A stretch of DNA of 64,000 nucleotides, taken from contig CAWBMV010000001.1 of assembly GCA_963789955.1 (NCBI GenBank), positions 32,001 through 96,000 of the forward strand, read 5' to 3'. Each line of letters starts with the position of its first letter. Position 1 is the first letter of the stretch. A program made the translations under genes and the position numbers. Positions 11,092 to 21,905 of the stretch are shown piece by piece. The notes below the pieces were generated by a model. It did no database searches. It had not been told where the DNA came from and saw only the letters and a list, made by a program, of their open reading frames with translations. Source of the DNA: an uncultured Candidatus Rokubacteria bacterium. GTDB lineage: Bacteria; Methylomirabilota; Methylomirabilia; Rokubacteriales; CSP1-6.

Positions 11092-11483
11092 CGAAGCGGG
11101 TCCTCATCGTCGACGACGAGCCGGTCTTGATCGACTTGCTGAAGGAGATCTTCGCCCGCTTCCAGCACGGGCACGCGTACGAGATCACCCCGGCCTATTC
11201 CGTCGTCGAGGCGTACGACCTCCTGGTCCGGGAGCGGTTCGATCTGATCCTGCTGGACATGGTGGTGCCGGCGCTGGGCGATCCCTGGCCCTGGATCCAG
11301 GGCCTCGACTTGCTCAAGCGCATCCGGCACCTCGGCGTGAAGGCGCCGATCTTCATGATGACCGGCGTCTGGAATACCGAGAAGGAAGCGGAGGCGATGA
11401 TCGAAGGCGCGGCCGGCTATCTGCACAAGCCGTTCGACGTCCGGGAGCTGAACCGGCTCGTCACGGCCGCTCTCGGGGGCTAG
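11088..11483 (+). CDS. single-domain response regulator (receiver)
   Basis: VLIVDDE, LILLD, MMTG, YLHKPF. Confidence 0.85.
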   Translation: MTKRVLIVDDEPVLIDLLKEIFARFQHGHAYEITPAYSVVEAYDLLVRERFDLILLDMVVPALGDPWPWIQGLDLLKRIRHLGVKAPIFMMTGVWNTEKEAEAMIEGAAGYLHKPFDVRELNRLVTAALGG

Positions 11484-12181
11484 CGCTGGAGCCGAGCGAC
11501 CAGGGCGTCGAGCCGATCCGAGTCGTGAGCCATGAGGTCGAGGAACCAGAGCGCGGCGCTGTCGGCCTCGACGCGGACGACGAGGGCGAGCACGTCGATG
11601 GGCACGCCGCCGTCGGGCGGCGTGAACTCGAGCTTCGCGGCCTGGCCCGCGCGCAGCCGCCGGCTCACGCGGACCTTCATGCCGGTCGACGAGATCTCGA
11701 TGCACGTGCCGTCCAGGGTGCCGTTCGAGGCGGCGATCCGGACGCCGAACTTGACCGCGGCCCGCGCCGCCGGCCGCCGCTCGGGCGGGCGCTCGGTCCG
11801 CTGCTGCCGGGAGAGCGCGAACGGCCCGAGGTAGGCGAGGACCTGTCCCAGCCGCTCGAGCGTGACGGGCTTGCGGATGAAGTCGAGGGCGCCGAGCTTC
11901 AGACAGGCGCGCGCCTCCATCTCGGTGGCGACGCCCGAGACGACCACGATCGGCACCTCGGAGTCGCGCACCACCGGGAGGCTCAAGAACTCGACGCCGC
12001 TCATGCCCGGCAGGCGGACGTCCAGGAGGATCGTGTCCGGCCGCGCGCTGGTGAGCGCCTCGAGCGCGGCTTCGGCGCTGCCCACGACGATCGGCTGATA
12101 GCCGAGCTCGGCGATGAAGTCGCGGAAGATCTCGGCCAGCCGCTCGTCGTCTTCCACGACGAGGATCCGCATGGCGCTCAT
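11480..12181 (-). CDS. response regulator receiver plus PilZ domain protein
   Basis: ILVVEDD...LLDVRLP...FIRKP, then RPAAR (RxxxR) and EISSTG. Confidence 0.8.
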   Translation of the reverse strand: MSAMRILVVEDDERLAEIFRDFIAELGYQPIVVGSAEAALEALTSARPDTILLDVRLPGMSGVEFLSLPVVRDSEVPIVVVSGVATEMEARACLKLGALDFIRKPVTLERLGQVLAYLGPFALSRQQRTERPPERRPAARAAVKFGVRIAASNGTLDGTCIEISSTGMKVRVSRRLRAGQAAKLEFTPPDGGVPIDVLALVVRVEADSAALWFLDLMAHDSDRLDALVARLQR

Positions 12182-13229
12182 GGCGCGCCCACGCCCCAGA
12201 AGACCGGCTCGGGCGTCAGCCGCACACCGAAGCGGTCGACGACGGCCGTCTGGATGCGGCGGGCAAACGCGACCACGTCGCACGCCCGCGCGCCGTCGTG
12301 GGCGACGATCGCGAGCGCGTGCCGACTCGAGAGACCGACCGGTCCGTCGGCGCGGCCCCGCGTGTAGCCGGCGCGCTCGATCAGCCACGCGGCCGAGAGC
12401 TTCACCTGACCGCCGGGCAGGGGCCAGCGCGGCATCGCCCGGTCGCCGGCGCGCGATTCGACCGCGGCGAGCTCGGCGTCGGGAATGATCGGATTGGTGA
12501 AGAAGGAGCCGCAGCTCCGGCGGTTCGAATCTTTCGAATCGAGCACCATCGACTTGGACCGGCGGATGGCGATCACGCTGGCGCGCACGTCCTCGAGGGA
12601 CGGCTTGTCGATCTCACGCGCGGCCAGATCTTTCTCGACGTCCGCGTATCGGACCGTCGGCGACCCACCCGGGCGCAGCCGGTAGGCCACCGAGAGGATG
12701 ACGTATCGCCCGGGCTCATGGCTCCGGAACAGGCTGTCGCGGTAGCTGAAGCGGCACTCGCGATTCTCGAAGGTCATGATGCGCCGACTGGTCGTGTCCA
12801 GCGCGCGCACGAGCGTGACCGTCTCGCTCACGTCCTGGCCGTAGGCGCCGACGTTTTGCATCGGTGTCGCGCCGACCAGCCCGGGATTCCGCTCAGGCAC
12901 TCGAAGCCCGCCCAGCCGCGCGCGACGCTCAGCTGCACCAGCGCGTCCCACGGCTCGCCGGCCGCCGCCGTCAGCTCCACCACCCCGTGCGCCTCGCGCG
13001 CATCGACGCCGCGCAGCGCGATCTTCATCACGAGACCGTCGACCCCCTCGTCGGAGATGACCAGGTTCGAGCCGCCGCCGAGGACCCGGATCGGCAGGCG
13101 CCGGGCACGGGCCCAGTCGAGGGCCTCGAGCACCGCCGCCTCGTCGTGCGCCTCGACGAAGAACCGGGCCGGACCGCCCACGCCCAGGGTGCAGTGCGCG
13201 GCCAGGCGGACGTTCTCGAGCGGGGTCAT
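12178..13229 (-). CDS. murB: UDP-N-acetylmuramate dehydrogenase; frameshift near 12880
   Basis: TLGVGGPAR, LGGGSNL, GIPG/VGATPMQNVGAYG, FSYRDSLF, CGSFFTNP, KLSAAWLIE. Confidence 0.92.
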
Positions 13230-13262
13230 ACCCTTGAGAATATCGCGTCAGGTCGCGATCCC

Positions 13263-14105
13263 TCACATGCTGCGCTCCATCCGGGGATCGAGCTGATCGC
13301 GCAGCCAGTCCCCGACCAGATTGATCCCGAGGACCAGGAGCAGGATGGCCAGGCCCGGGAAGAGTGCCAGCCACCAGCCGGTCGTGATGTAGTTTCGGCC
13401 TTCGTCGAGCATCGCGCCCCAGCTGGGCGCCGGCGGCGGGATACCGAGGCCGAGAAAGCTCAGCGAGGCTTCGGCGATGATCGTCCGCGCCACCGAGAAG
13501 GTCGCGACGACGGTGACCGGCGGCAGCACGTTGGGCAGAATGTGCCGCCAGATGAGATAGCCATCGGTGGCGCCGAGCGCGCGCGCGGCCTCGACGAACT
13601 CGCGCTGCCGCAGCGAGAGCGTCTCGCCGCGCACGATTCGCGCGTAGGTGATCCAGCCCGTCACGCCGAGCACGAGGATGACGTTCGCGAGGCTCGCGCC
13701 CAGCACGGCCAGCACCGCGACCGCCAGGACGAGCACCGGAAACGCGAGCTGCACGTCACCCAGCCGCATCAGCGCGTCGTCGGTGAAGCCCCGGTAGTAG
13801 CCCGACACGAGCCCGAGGGCGACGCCCAGCGCGCCGGCGACCACGACGGCCGCGAGCCCGACGATCAAGGAGACGCGCGCGCCGTAGAGCAGCCGGCTCG
13901 CGACGTCGCGTCCGAGCGTGTCGGTGCCCAGCGGATGCTTCGCGGTGCCGCCGGCGTTCCACATCGGCGGCGTGAGGCGATCGACGAGGCTGTTCTTGAC
14001 CGGATCGCCGGGCGCCAGCGCGGGCGCGAGGACGGCCATCAGGATCGTGGCGGCGATGACGATCAGTCCGAGGATCGCGCTGTGGTCGCGCGCAAGGCCG
14101 GTCAC
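13263..14105 (-). CDS. ABC transporter permease (DppC-like)
   Basis: HPLGTDTLGRD, EFVEAARALGA, EASLSFLGLG. GTG start overlaps the upstream stop. Confidence 0.9.
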   Translation of the reverse strand: MTGLARDHSAILGLIVIAATILMAVLAPALAPGDPVKNSLVDRLTPPMWNAGGTAKHPLGTDTLGRDVASRLLYGARVSLIVGLAAVVVAGALGVALGLVSGYYRGFTDDALMRLGDVQLAFPVLVLAVAVLAVLGASLANVILVLGVTGWITYARIVRGETLSLRQREFVEAARALGATDGYLIWRHILPNVLPPVTVVATFSVARTIIAEASLSFLGLGIPPPAPSWGAMLDEGRNYITTGWWLALFPGLAILLLVLGINLVGDWLRDQLDPRMERSM

Positions 14106-15026
14106 GTGAGACGCACGCGCGGGTCGACCACCGTGTAGAGCAGGTCCACGATCAGGTTCAGGCCGACGAAGATCAGCGCGAACACGAAGACGCCGGCCTG
14201 GATCACCGGGAAGTCGCGGCCCGGGACGGCCTGCACGATCAGGCGGCCCATGCCGGGCCACGAGAACACGGTCTCGATGATCACGGCGCCGCTCAGCATG
14301 AATCCGAGCGACAGGCCCGTCACCGTGATGACCGGGATCGCGGCGTTGCGGAGCGCGTGGCGGTAGATCACGAAGCGCTCGGCCAGACCCTTGGCGCGCG
14401 CGGTGCGCACGTAGTCCTGCTGGAGCACCTCCAGCATGCCGCTCCGGATCAGCCGCACGTTCTGCGCGAGCGGCGCGGCGGCCAGGGTGACCGCCGGGAA
14501 GGATCAGGTGACGCACGCTCCCCGAGCCGAACGCGGGCAGGAGCCCGCCGAGCTCGACGGCGAACAACAAGATCAGCATGAGGCCGAGCCAGAAGCTCGG
14601 CATCGATTGCAGGAAGAGCGACGCGAGGCGGCTGGCGTGATCGACCGCGCCGTTCTTGTGGGTGGCCGAGGCGACGCCGAGGGGAATCGCGAGCACGGTC
14701 GAGAGGAAGAGCGCGGCCGCCGCCAGCTCGACGGTCGCGGGCCAGAGGTGCTCGAGCACCATCTGCATCGCCGGGCGCTTCTCGCGGATCGAGGCCCCGA
14801 AATCGCCGTGCGGGACGGCCCGCAGGAAGTCGAGATACTGGACGTAGAGCGGGCGGTCCAGCCCGAGGCTCTTGCGGGCCTCGGCGATCTCCTGCTGCGT
14901 CGCGGTCTGATCTACCAGGAACGGGGTCGGGTCACCGGTGAGACGGACCAGGAAGAAGACCGCGGTGACCACGCCCCACAGCACGAAGACCGCGTGAAGC
15001 GCGCGACGGAGCAGGAAGGCGCGCAT
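14102..15026 (-). CDS. ABC transporter permease (DppB-like); frameshift near 14495
   Basis: LGLDRPLYVQY in one frame; QDYVRTARAKGL and RDFPVIQ in a second frame. Confidence 0.88.
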
Positions 15027-15036
15027 CGGCCCCGGA

Positions 15037-16641
15037 TCATTTCTTCACGGCGACGCCGCGGAAGTCCATGTTGAGCTCGGGCAGCGGCGTGAACCGCAGC
15101 ACGCGCGCGCTGAGCGCATAGACCTTGACCTCCTGGTAGAGCGCTACCACCGGCGCCCAGTCGCGTACCTGCCGCTGGAGATCGGCGAGGAGCTTGAGGC
15201 GTTTCTGCGCGTCGACCTCGCGGCGCGTGGCGGCGTAGAGCGCCATCAGCTCCGGCGGGTACGGCGCCCAGTTGATCATCGCGATGGAGGACCAGTCGCG
15301 CAGATAGTCGTCGGCGTCGAGGTTGTTGCCGGTCCGGCAGGCGGCGAACCCGCCGTTGGGCGGCAAGGTGCCCTTGGTCGCGGTCTGGAGCAACGTGGCG
15401 AAGTCGACGGGCTTGATGGTCACCTGCACGCCGACGTCCTTCAGCATCTCGGCCACGGCCGGCGTCATCTCGTCGAAGCTCTGGCCGTAGTGCTTGGCCG
15501 GGAACAGGAGCTGGAGGGTCAGCGGATTCGTGTCGCGAAAGCCGGCCTCGGCGAGGAGCGCCCGGGCGCGCGCCGGATCGTACGGGTAGGGCTCCTGCGC
15601 GGCGTAGCCGTACGAGACCGACGCCACGGGCGAGGCGTTGGCCAGCGCGTAGCCGTTGAAGATCTTCTTGACGATCGCGTCCTTGTTGACCGCCAGGTTC
15701 AGCGCGAGCCGCACGCGCTGATCGGCGAAGAGCCCGTCCTTGCCGTCCGAGTCGTACTTGTCCTTCGGGCGGGCGTTGATGTAGAGCCGGCACGAGAGCT
15801 TCTGCGGGCTCGACACGACCTTGAGCTTCGAGTCCTGCGCGAGGGCCGGGGCGTCGAAGGGCGGCACGCCTTCGATCAGCGCGACTTGACCGGCCCGCAG
15901 GGCGGCGATGCGGGCGGCGCCCTCGGGAATCGTCTGGAAGCGCATCTTCCGGAACAGCGGCGCGGTGCCCCAGTAGGCCTCGTTGCGCTCGAACAGCATC
16001 GACGTCTTGCGCTTCCACTCGACCATCTTCCACGGACCGGTGCCGACCGGACGCTCGTTGAGCCCGTCCACGCCGTTCTTGATCGTGTAGGCCTTCGGTA
16101 CCATGGGCTCACGGCCGATGAAATCCCAGAGCGTCGGCGCCGGCTCGCTGGTGTGGATCCGCACGGTGTAGTCGTTGACTTTCTCCCAGCGCGTGACGAA
16201 CGGGTACGTCTTCTCGAACGACGTGGCGGCGAGGACGTCCTTCAGTCCCCATTTGTCGAAGTTCCGCCGGAAGAACCGATCCAGATTGAACAGCACGGTG
16301 TCGGCGTTGAACGGCTCGCCGTCGTGGAACGTCACGCCGCGCCGGAGCACGAATTCCCAGGTGAGATCGTTCACGGGCTTCCACGAGAGCGCCAGGCCCG
16401 GCACGGGACGGCCCTGCGCGTCGACGTCGACCAGTCCCTCGAACACCTGACGGATGTAGTTGGAGCGAATCGAGCCCATGCCGATGCGAGGATCCATGTT
16501 GGTGGTGTCGTCGGCGAGCGCGACGACCAGCTCGGCATCCGGGTCGATCGCGACGCCGTCCACCGTGCGCGGCTGCGCGGCGACCGCCTGCGGTCCGAGC
16601 AGCGCCAGCGCGACGAGCAACGGCCCTGTCCAGCGAATCAT
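15037..16641 (-). CDS. ABC transporter substrate-binding protein, family 5
   Basis: Signal peptide, LRRGVTFHDGEPFNAD, PVGTGPWK. Confidence 0.9.
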   Translation of the reverse strand: MIRWTGPLLVALALLGPQAVAAQPRTVDGVAIDPDAELVVALADDTTNMDPRIGMGSIRSNYIRQVFEGLVDVDAQGRPVPGLALSWKPVNDLTWEFVLRRGVTFHDGEPFNADTVLFNLDRFFRRNFDKWGLKDVLAATSFEKTYPFVTRWEKVNDYTVRIHTSEPAPTLWDFIGREPMVPKAYTIKNGVDGLNERPVGTGPWKMVEWKRKTSMLFERNEAYWGTAPLFRKMRFQTIPEGAARIAALRAGQVALIEGVPPFDAPALAQDSKLKVVSSPQKLSCRLYINARPKDKYDSDGKDGLFADQRVRLALNLAVNKDAIVKKIFNGYALANASPVASVSYGYAAQEPYPYDPARARALLAEAGFRDTNPLTLQLLFPAKHYGQSFDEMTPAVAEMLKDVGVQVTIKPVDFATLLQTATKGTLPPNGGFAACRTGNNLDADDYLRDWSSIAMINWAPYPPELMALYAATRREVDAQKRLKLLADLQRQVRDWAPVVALYQEVKVYALSARVLRFTPLPELNMDFRGVAVKK

Positions 16642-16697
16642 CTCTTCGGCTCCTCTCGTGGGATGGCCCCCAACTAGATATCAGCGCTCTGGTCTTG

Positions 16698-17866
16698 TCA
16701 ACGCCGTGCGCGCTGATCGACGAGTCGGAACACCCCGAAGCCGACGATCGTCGACGCCATGACGAGCGCGGCGAAGACGATCGGCGCGGCGGGCTGCCGA
16801 AGACGTCGCGCACGGCGCCGGCCGCGAGCTGCACGACGGCCATCACGACGTAGTACGTCGTGTAGTACACGCCGAGCGTCGTGGCCAGCCGCTCGCTCGC
16901 CACGGCCTTCGGCAAGAGCGCCATCAAGGCGCCGGGCGGCGCGCCGATCGCGAGGCCGACCAGGCAGAAGGCGAGCATCGGGTGGGTGAGCGCGGGCAGC
17001 AGCAGGATGAAGAAGGCGGCGACCAGGCTCCCTGCGACGATCAGGAGATTGGGCCGACCGAGACGGTCGGTGAGAAGCCCGCCGATCGGCACCGAGACGA
17101 TGGTGAGCCAGATCGCGAGGCTCACGACGAAGCCGGCGTCGGACAGCGACACGCCGCGGGCGATCAGCAGGCCGGGGCCGAACGCGATGATGGCCACGAG
17201 GCTCGCGTTGAAGCAGCCCCAGGCGAAGCCGCCGCTGGTCGCGAGCCCGATCTCGCGGCCCGAGAGTCGCACCCGTCGCTCGGCGGCCTTCGCCGCGTGG
17301 TCCGCGGCGCGGGGGGCATCGCGGTAGACGAACGCGATCAGCACGAGCCCGAGCGCCGCGACGAGCGCCGTCGCCACGATCGCCACCCGCCACGACGCAT
17401 GGGTGGCGAGCGCGCCGAGCGTGGCGGTCGCGATCCCGAGGCCGACCGGCCAGCTGGTCAGCATGATGCCCATCGCCGTCGACAGCTCGCGACCCGTGAA
17501 CCAGTCGGCGACCATCTTGGCGAGCAGGATGTTCATGAGCACGGCGCCGGCGCCGCTCACGAGCCGGCCCGCGGCCGCGACGACGAAGCCGTGGGCGGCG
17601 GCGGTGACGAAGCCGCCGGCGACCATCAGCGCGAGGCTCGCCACGACGATGCGCCGGTCGCCGAAGCGCTGGCCGAGCACGCCCCCGGGCAGTGCGAACA
17701 CGGCGCCGGGCAGCATGTAGAGGCCGATCAGCGAGCCGAGCTGCACCCAGGTGAGCTGGAGCTCCGCGACCATCAGCGGCGCCACGGCCGCGACGGCCTG
17801 GAATTGAAAGCCCATCGACGTGCGGGTGACGAACACGATGACCAGCGCCACCCAGCGATTCGCCAT
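16698..17866 (-). CDS. MFS transporter; frameshift near 16795
   Basis: Multiple TM helices, GGLLTDRLGR MFS loop motif. Confidence 0.85.
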
Positions 17867-17967
17867 GTGGCCGGGATCATAAACGGAGGCGGACCGCCCG
17901 GGCTTGATCAATTGCGGCCGCCGACATAGAGTCCGGCCCAGAGATGATCGCGCATGAGGGGGAAAAG

Positions 17968-19628
17968 ATGGCTGCACCCGTAGCCCCGACCGATATCAGC
18001 CGCCGAGATCTGCTCAAGCTCGGCGGCGCCGCCGTCGCCGCCGGCACCGTGCTCCCGCTCCTCGGTCGCGAGGCCGCCGACGCCCAGACACCGAAGCGGG
18101 GCGGAGTGTTCCGGATCCGCGGCGAGGACGCCACCACCGGGTTCGATCCGCACCTGTTCTCGAACCATCACCGGATCTCGACGAATCTGTCGTTCACCCA
18201 CAGCCGTCTGGTGAAGGTGAAGGCGGGCCCGTCCATCGTGCCGGGCACCCTGCCGGTCGAGCCCGACCTGGCCGAGTCGTGGACGCAGCCCAACGACCGG
18301 ACCTACGTCTTCAAGCTCAGAAAAGGCGTGCGCTGGCACAACAAGCCGCCGGTGAACGGCCGCGAGCTGACCGCGGAAGACGTCAAGTACACCTACGAGC
18401 GTTTCCTGTCGATCAAGGGCAATCCGAACCGCTCGACCCTGGGCGCCGTCGAGAAGATCGACACGCCCGACAAGTACACGGTTCGCTTCATGCTCAACGA
18501 GCCGTTCGGCTGGTTCCTCGACTATCTGGCGAACACCGTGATGTGGATCGTGCCGCGGGAGGCGGTGGAGCAGTACGGTGATCTCAAGCGGGCCGAGGCG
18601 TGCATCGGGACCGGGCCCTGGATGCTCGAGCGCTACGAGCCGAACGTCCGGCTCACCTTCGTCCGGAATCCGAACTACTTTCTGCCTGGGCTCCCGTACG
18701 CGGACGGCATCGAGGTCACCGTCGACGAGGATCCATCGTCGCGGCTCGCCGCCTGGATCGCCGGCAAGTACGACTTCGCCCCCGAGTACGGACAGTGCGT
18801 TCGGCGGCTCGACCTCGACGTGGCCAAGGGCCGCAAACCCAATCTCAAGACTCAGGATTTCACCGTGCTCTTCAGCGGCATCACGATGATGAAGCTCGAT
18901 CGCGAGCCGTTCAAGGACGTCCGGGTGCGCCGCGCGCTGGCGCAGTCGATGAACTGGAAGGACGTGCTCGAGACGAATGCGTGGTCCCAGGGCCACGGCG
19001 TCCCCAATCCGGCGGTGCCCGCCGCGTTGAAGGAATGGTCGATTCCGATCAATCAACTCACCCCGGAGGGGCGTCGGCTCTACGAGCAAAACATTCCGGA
19101 GGCCAAGCGGCTGCTCGCGCAGGCGGGCTTTCCCGCCGGACTCAAGGTCCCGGTCGAGGCGACGCTCGGGTGGAGCCCGGACTACGTCGACCAACTTGCA
19201 GGTCGTCATGCGCAACTGGAAGGACGCCGGGATCGACACTGAGCTGCGCGGCAAGGAATTCGGCGCCTTCATGTCGAGCGTGATCTACGGGAAGTTCGAG
19301 AAGCTCGCCCACAGCCTGCGCGGCGGCAGCCCGATCGCGGACATCTACCCTCTACGGCGGCCACGTCCCGGGCGAGGCGTTGAACTCCTCGGGCGTCGAC
19401 GATCCCAAGCTGACCGAGATGATCAAGCTGCAGCGCCGTACGCTCGACGTCGCCAAGCGTCGCGAGATCGTCTTCGACATCCAGCGCTATCTGGCGGAGC
19501 AGGTGTACTACGCCTACGACCCGTCGACGACCACGGTGGCGGCCTGGGAGCCGTACGTGAAGAACTTCGCTCCGAACCTCGGCCACGACTACGGCGGCCG
19601 GCTCATGGCCGCGTGGCTCGACCGCTGA
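17968..19628 (+). CDS. ABC transporter substrate-binding protein, family 5, Tat signal; two frameshifts (~19196, ~19350)
   Basis: SRRDLLK, LRKGVRWHNKPPVNGRELTAEDV, IGTGPWM. C-terminus ...WLDR in later frames. Confidence 0.85.
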
Positions 19629-19689
19629 GCGGTCCGCTTGACTCGCTCACGCCGATGCCGCACGATCGCGTGTACTGCCCCAGGAGGAC

Positions 19690-21162
19690 ATGATGGCGTA
19701 CTCGACTGACTCGAAGTCCGCTGCGGTGCGCGCTCAGCTCGACCACCCCGTGATCGACGGCGACGGCCACTGGCTCGAGCCGGTGCCGATCTTCTTCGAT
19801 TACCTCCGTGAGGTCGCCGGGCCGACGGTCGTCGAACGATTCCGGAAGATGGCGACCGCGCACATCGATCGCGGCTGGTACGACATGACGCCGGCCGAGC
19901 GCCTCGACCGCCGGCCGACGCGCCCGACGTGGTGGGGCGAGCCCGCGAACACGCTCGACCGCGCGACCGCGATGATCCCGAAGCTCTTCTACGAGCGGCT
20001 CGACGATTTCGGGATCGACTTCGCCATGCTCTACACCTCGCTCGGCCTCTTCCACATCGCCAATCCGGACGAGGAGCTGCGCCGGGCCATCGCGCGCGCC
20101 GTCAACAAGATGAACGCCGAGATGTTCAGGCCGTACGCCCATCGCATCGCGCCGGCAGCCGTCGTGCCGGTGCACACGCCGCAGGAGGCGATCGACGAGG
20201 CGACCTACGCCGTGCGCGAGCTCGGGCTGAAGGTCATCATGATCGCCAACCACGTGCGGCGTCCGGTGCCCGCGTTCGCCCGCCAGGCGTCCGACCCGAC
20301 GCAGGTGCGTCAGTTCGTCGACTCGCTCGCGTACGAGAGCGCCTACGATTACGACCCGCTCTGGGCCAAGTGCGTCGAGCTGAAGGTCGCCGTCACCGCG
20401 CACTCCGGCAGCATGGGGTGGATGGGCCGCGAGTCGGTCAACAGCTTCGTGTTCAACCACATCGGCCACTTCGCCACGGCGAGCCACGCGTTCGCCAAGG
20501 CGCTGATCCTGGGCGGCGTCGTGCACCGCTTCCCGACCTTGCGCTTCGCGATGCTCGAGGGCGGCGTGGGCTGGGCGTGTAACCTCATCACCGACCTCCT
20601 CGGACACTGGGACAAGCGCAACGGCCGCGCGATGGAAGCCCACACGCGTCCGACCAACCTCGACAAGCAAGGGCTCAAGGATCTCTTCACCCGCTTCGGC
20701 GGGCGCGTCTACGAAGACAAGATGGACGAGCTGATGAATTGCCTGAGCCTCGTGCCTCCGTTCAAGTCCGCTGAGGAGATGACCGAGCGCGAGTACCGGG
20801 AGCAGCTCGACGACTTCGCGGCAGCCCACGTCAATTCGGCCGACGAGCTGCGCCGTCAGTTCACCGACCATTTCTATTTCGGGTGCGAGGCCGACGATCC
20901 GACGACGGCATGGGCGTTCGACCGGCACGGCAATCACCGGCTGAACCCGATCTTCAGCTCCGACGTCGGCCACTTCGACGTGACCGACATGTCCGAGGTG
21001 CTCGAGGAGGCCCACGAGCTCGTCGAGCACGGTCTGATCACGATGGCCGACTTCCGCGAGTTCGTCTTCGGCAACGCCGCGCGCCTGCACACGGCGCTGA
21101 ATCCGGACTTCTTCAAGGGCACCGTGGTGGAAAGCGCGGTGGCGAAGGAGCTCGCGCGCTGA
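19690..21162 (+). CDS. amidohydrolase family protein
   Basis: VIDGDGHWLE, RFPTLRFAMLEGGVGW, FSSDVGHFD. Confidence 0.85.
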   Translation: MMAYSTDSKSAAVRAQLDHPVIDGDGHWLEPVPIFFDYLREVAGPTVVERFRKMATAHIDRGWYDMTPAERLDRRPTRPTWWGEPANTLDRATAMIPKLFYERLDDFGIDFAMLYTSLGLFHIANPDEELRRAIARAVNKMNAEMFRPYAHRIAPAAVVPVHTPQEAIDEATYAVRELGLKVIMIANHVRRPVPAFARQASDPTQVRQFVDSLAYESAYDYDPLWAKCVELKVAVTAHSGSMGWMGRESVNSFVFNHIGHFATASHAFAKALILGGVVHRFPTLRFAMLEGGVGWACNLITDLLGHWDKRNGRAMEAHTRPTNLDKQGLKDLFTRFGGRVYEDKMDELMNCLSLVPPFKSAEEMTEREYREQLDDFAAAHVNSADELRRQFTDHFYFGCEADDPTTAWAFDRHGNHRLNPIFSSDVGHFDVTDMSEVLEEAHELVEHGLITMADFREFVFGNAARLHTALNPDFFKGTVVESAVAKELAR

Positions 21163-21905
21163 TCGACACCGTCAGGAAGTGGATCGACGAGGCGGAGTGC
21201 CTCGTGGCGCTCACGGGTGCCGGGATCTCGACAGATTCCGGCATCCCTGACTTCCGAGGGCCCCAGGGGGTCTGGACGAAGAACCCCGAGGCCGAGAAGC
21301 AGTCCACCCTGCAGAACTACGTCGCGGATCCCGACGTGCGTAAGCGCGCGTGGCAGAGCCGGCTCACCTCGCCGGCCTGGAAGGCCGAGCCCAACGACGG
21401 CCACCGCGCCTTCGTCACGCTCGAGAAGCGCGGCAAGCTCGACACCCTGATCACCCAGAACATCGACGGCCTGCACGTCAAGGCGGGCTTGTCCCCCGCC
21501 CGCGTCATCGAGATCCACGGCACGATGCACGAGGTGGTGTGCCTGGCTTGCGGCGAGCGGGCGGCGATGGAGCGGGCGCTCGCCCGCGTGCGCGCCGGCG
21601 AGGACGACCCGCCGTGCCGGACGTGCGGCGGCATTCTCAAGTCGGCGACGATCTCGTTCGGCCAGGGGCTCGTACAGGATGACCTCGTGCGCGCCCAGCA
21701 CGCCGCCGCGAGCTGCGACCTGATGCTGGCGGTCGGCACGAAGCTGTCGGTCTATCCCATCGCCGGCGTCGTGCCGGTCGCCAAGCGCGCCGGCGCGCGT
21801 GTCGTGATCCTCAACGCAGAGCCGACCGAAATGGACGAGCTGGCCGACGCCGTGCTTCGTGGCTCGATCTCGAGCCTCCTGCCTCGTCTGGTGGAGAGCG
21901 CCTGA
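21159..21905 (+). CDS. cobB: Sir2/CobB-family NAD-dependent deacylase; probable CTG start
   Basis: TGAGISTDSGIPDFRG, TQNIDGLH, EIHG, two CxxC pairs. AAGGAG lies 8 nt before CTG 21159. Confidence 0.85.
   Translation: MIDTVRKWIDEAECLVALTGAGISTDSGIPDFRGPQGVWTKNPEAEKQSTLQNYVADPDVRKRAWQSRLTSPAWKAEPNDGHRAFVTLEKRGKLDTLITQNIDGLHVKAGLSPARVIEIHGTMHEVVCLACGERAAMERALARVRAGEDDPPCRTCGGILKSATISFGQGLVQDDLVRAQHAAASCDLMLAVGTKLSVYPIAGVVPVAKRAGARVVILNAEPTEMDELADAVLRGSISSLLPRLVESA

Noticed and set aside
13263..15026. Apparent DppB-DppC fusion (587 aa)
   Set aside because: Produced by the frameshift near 14495; the true DppB C-terminus is in another frame ending at 14102.
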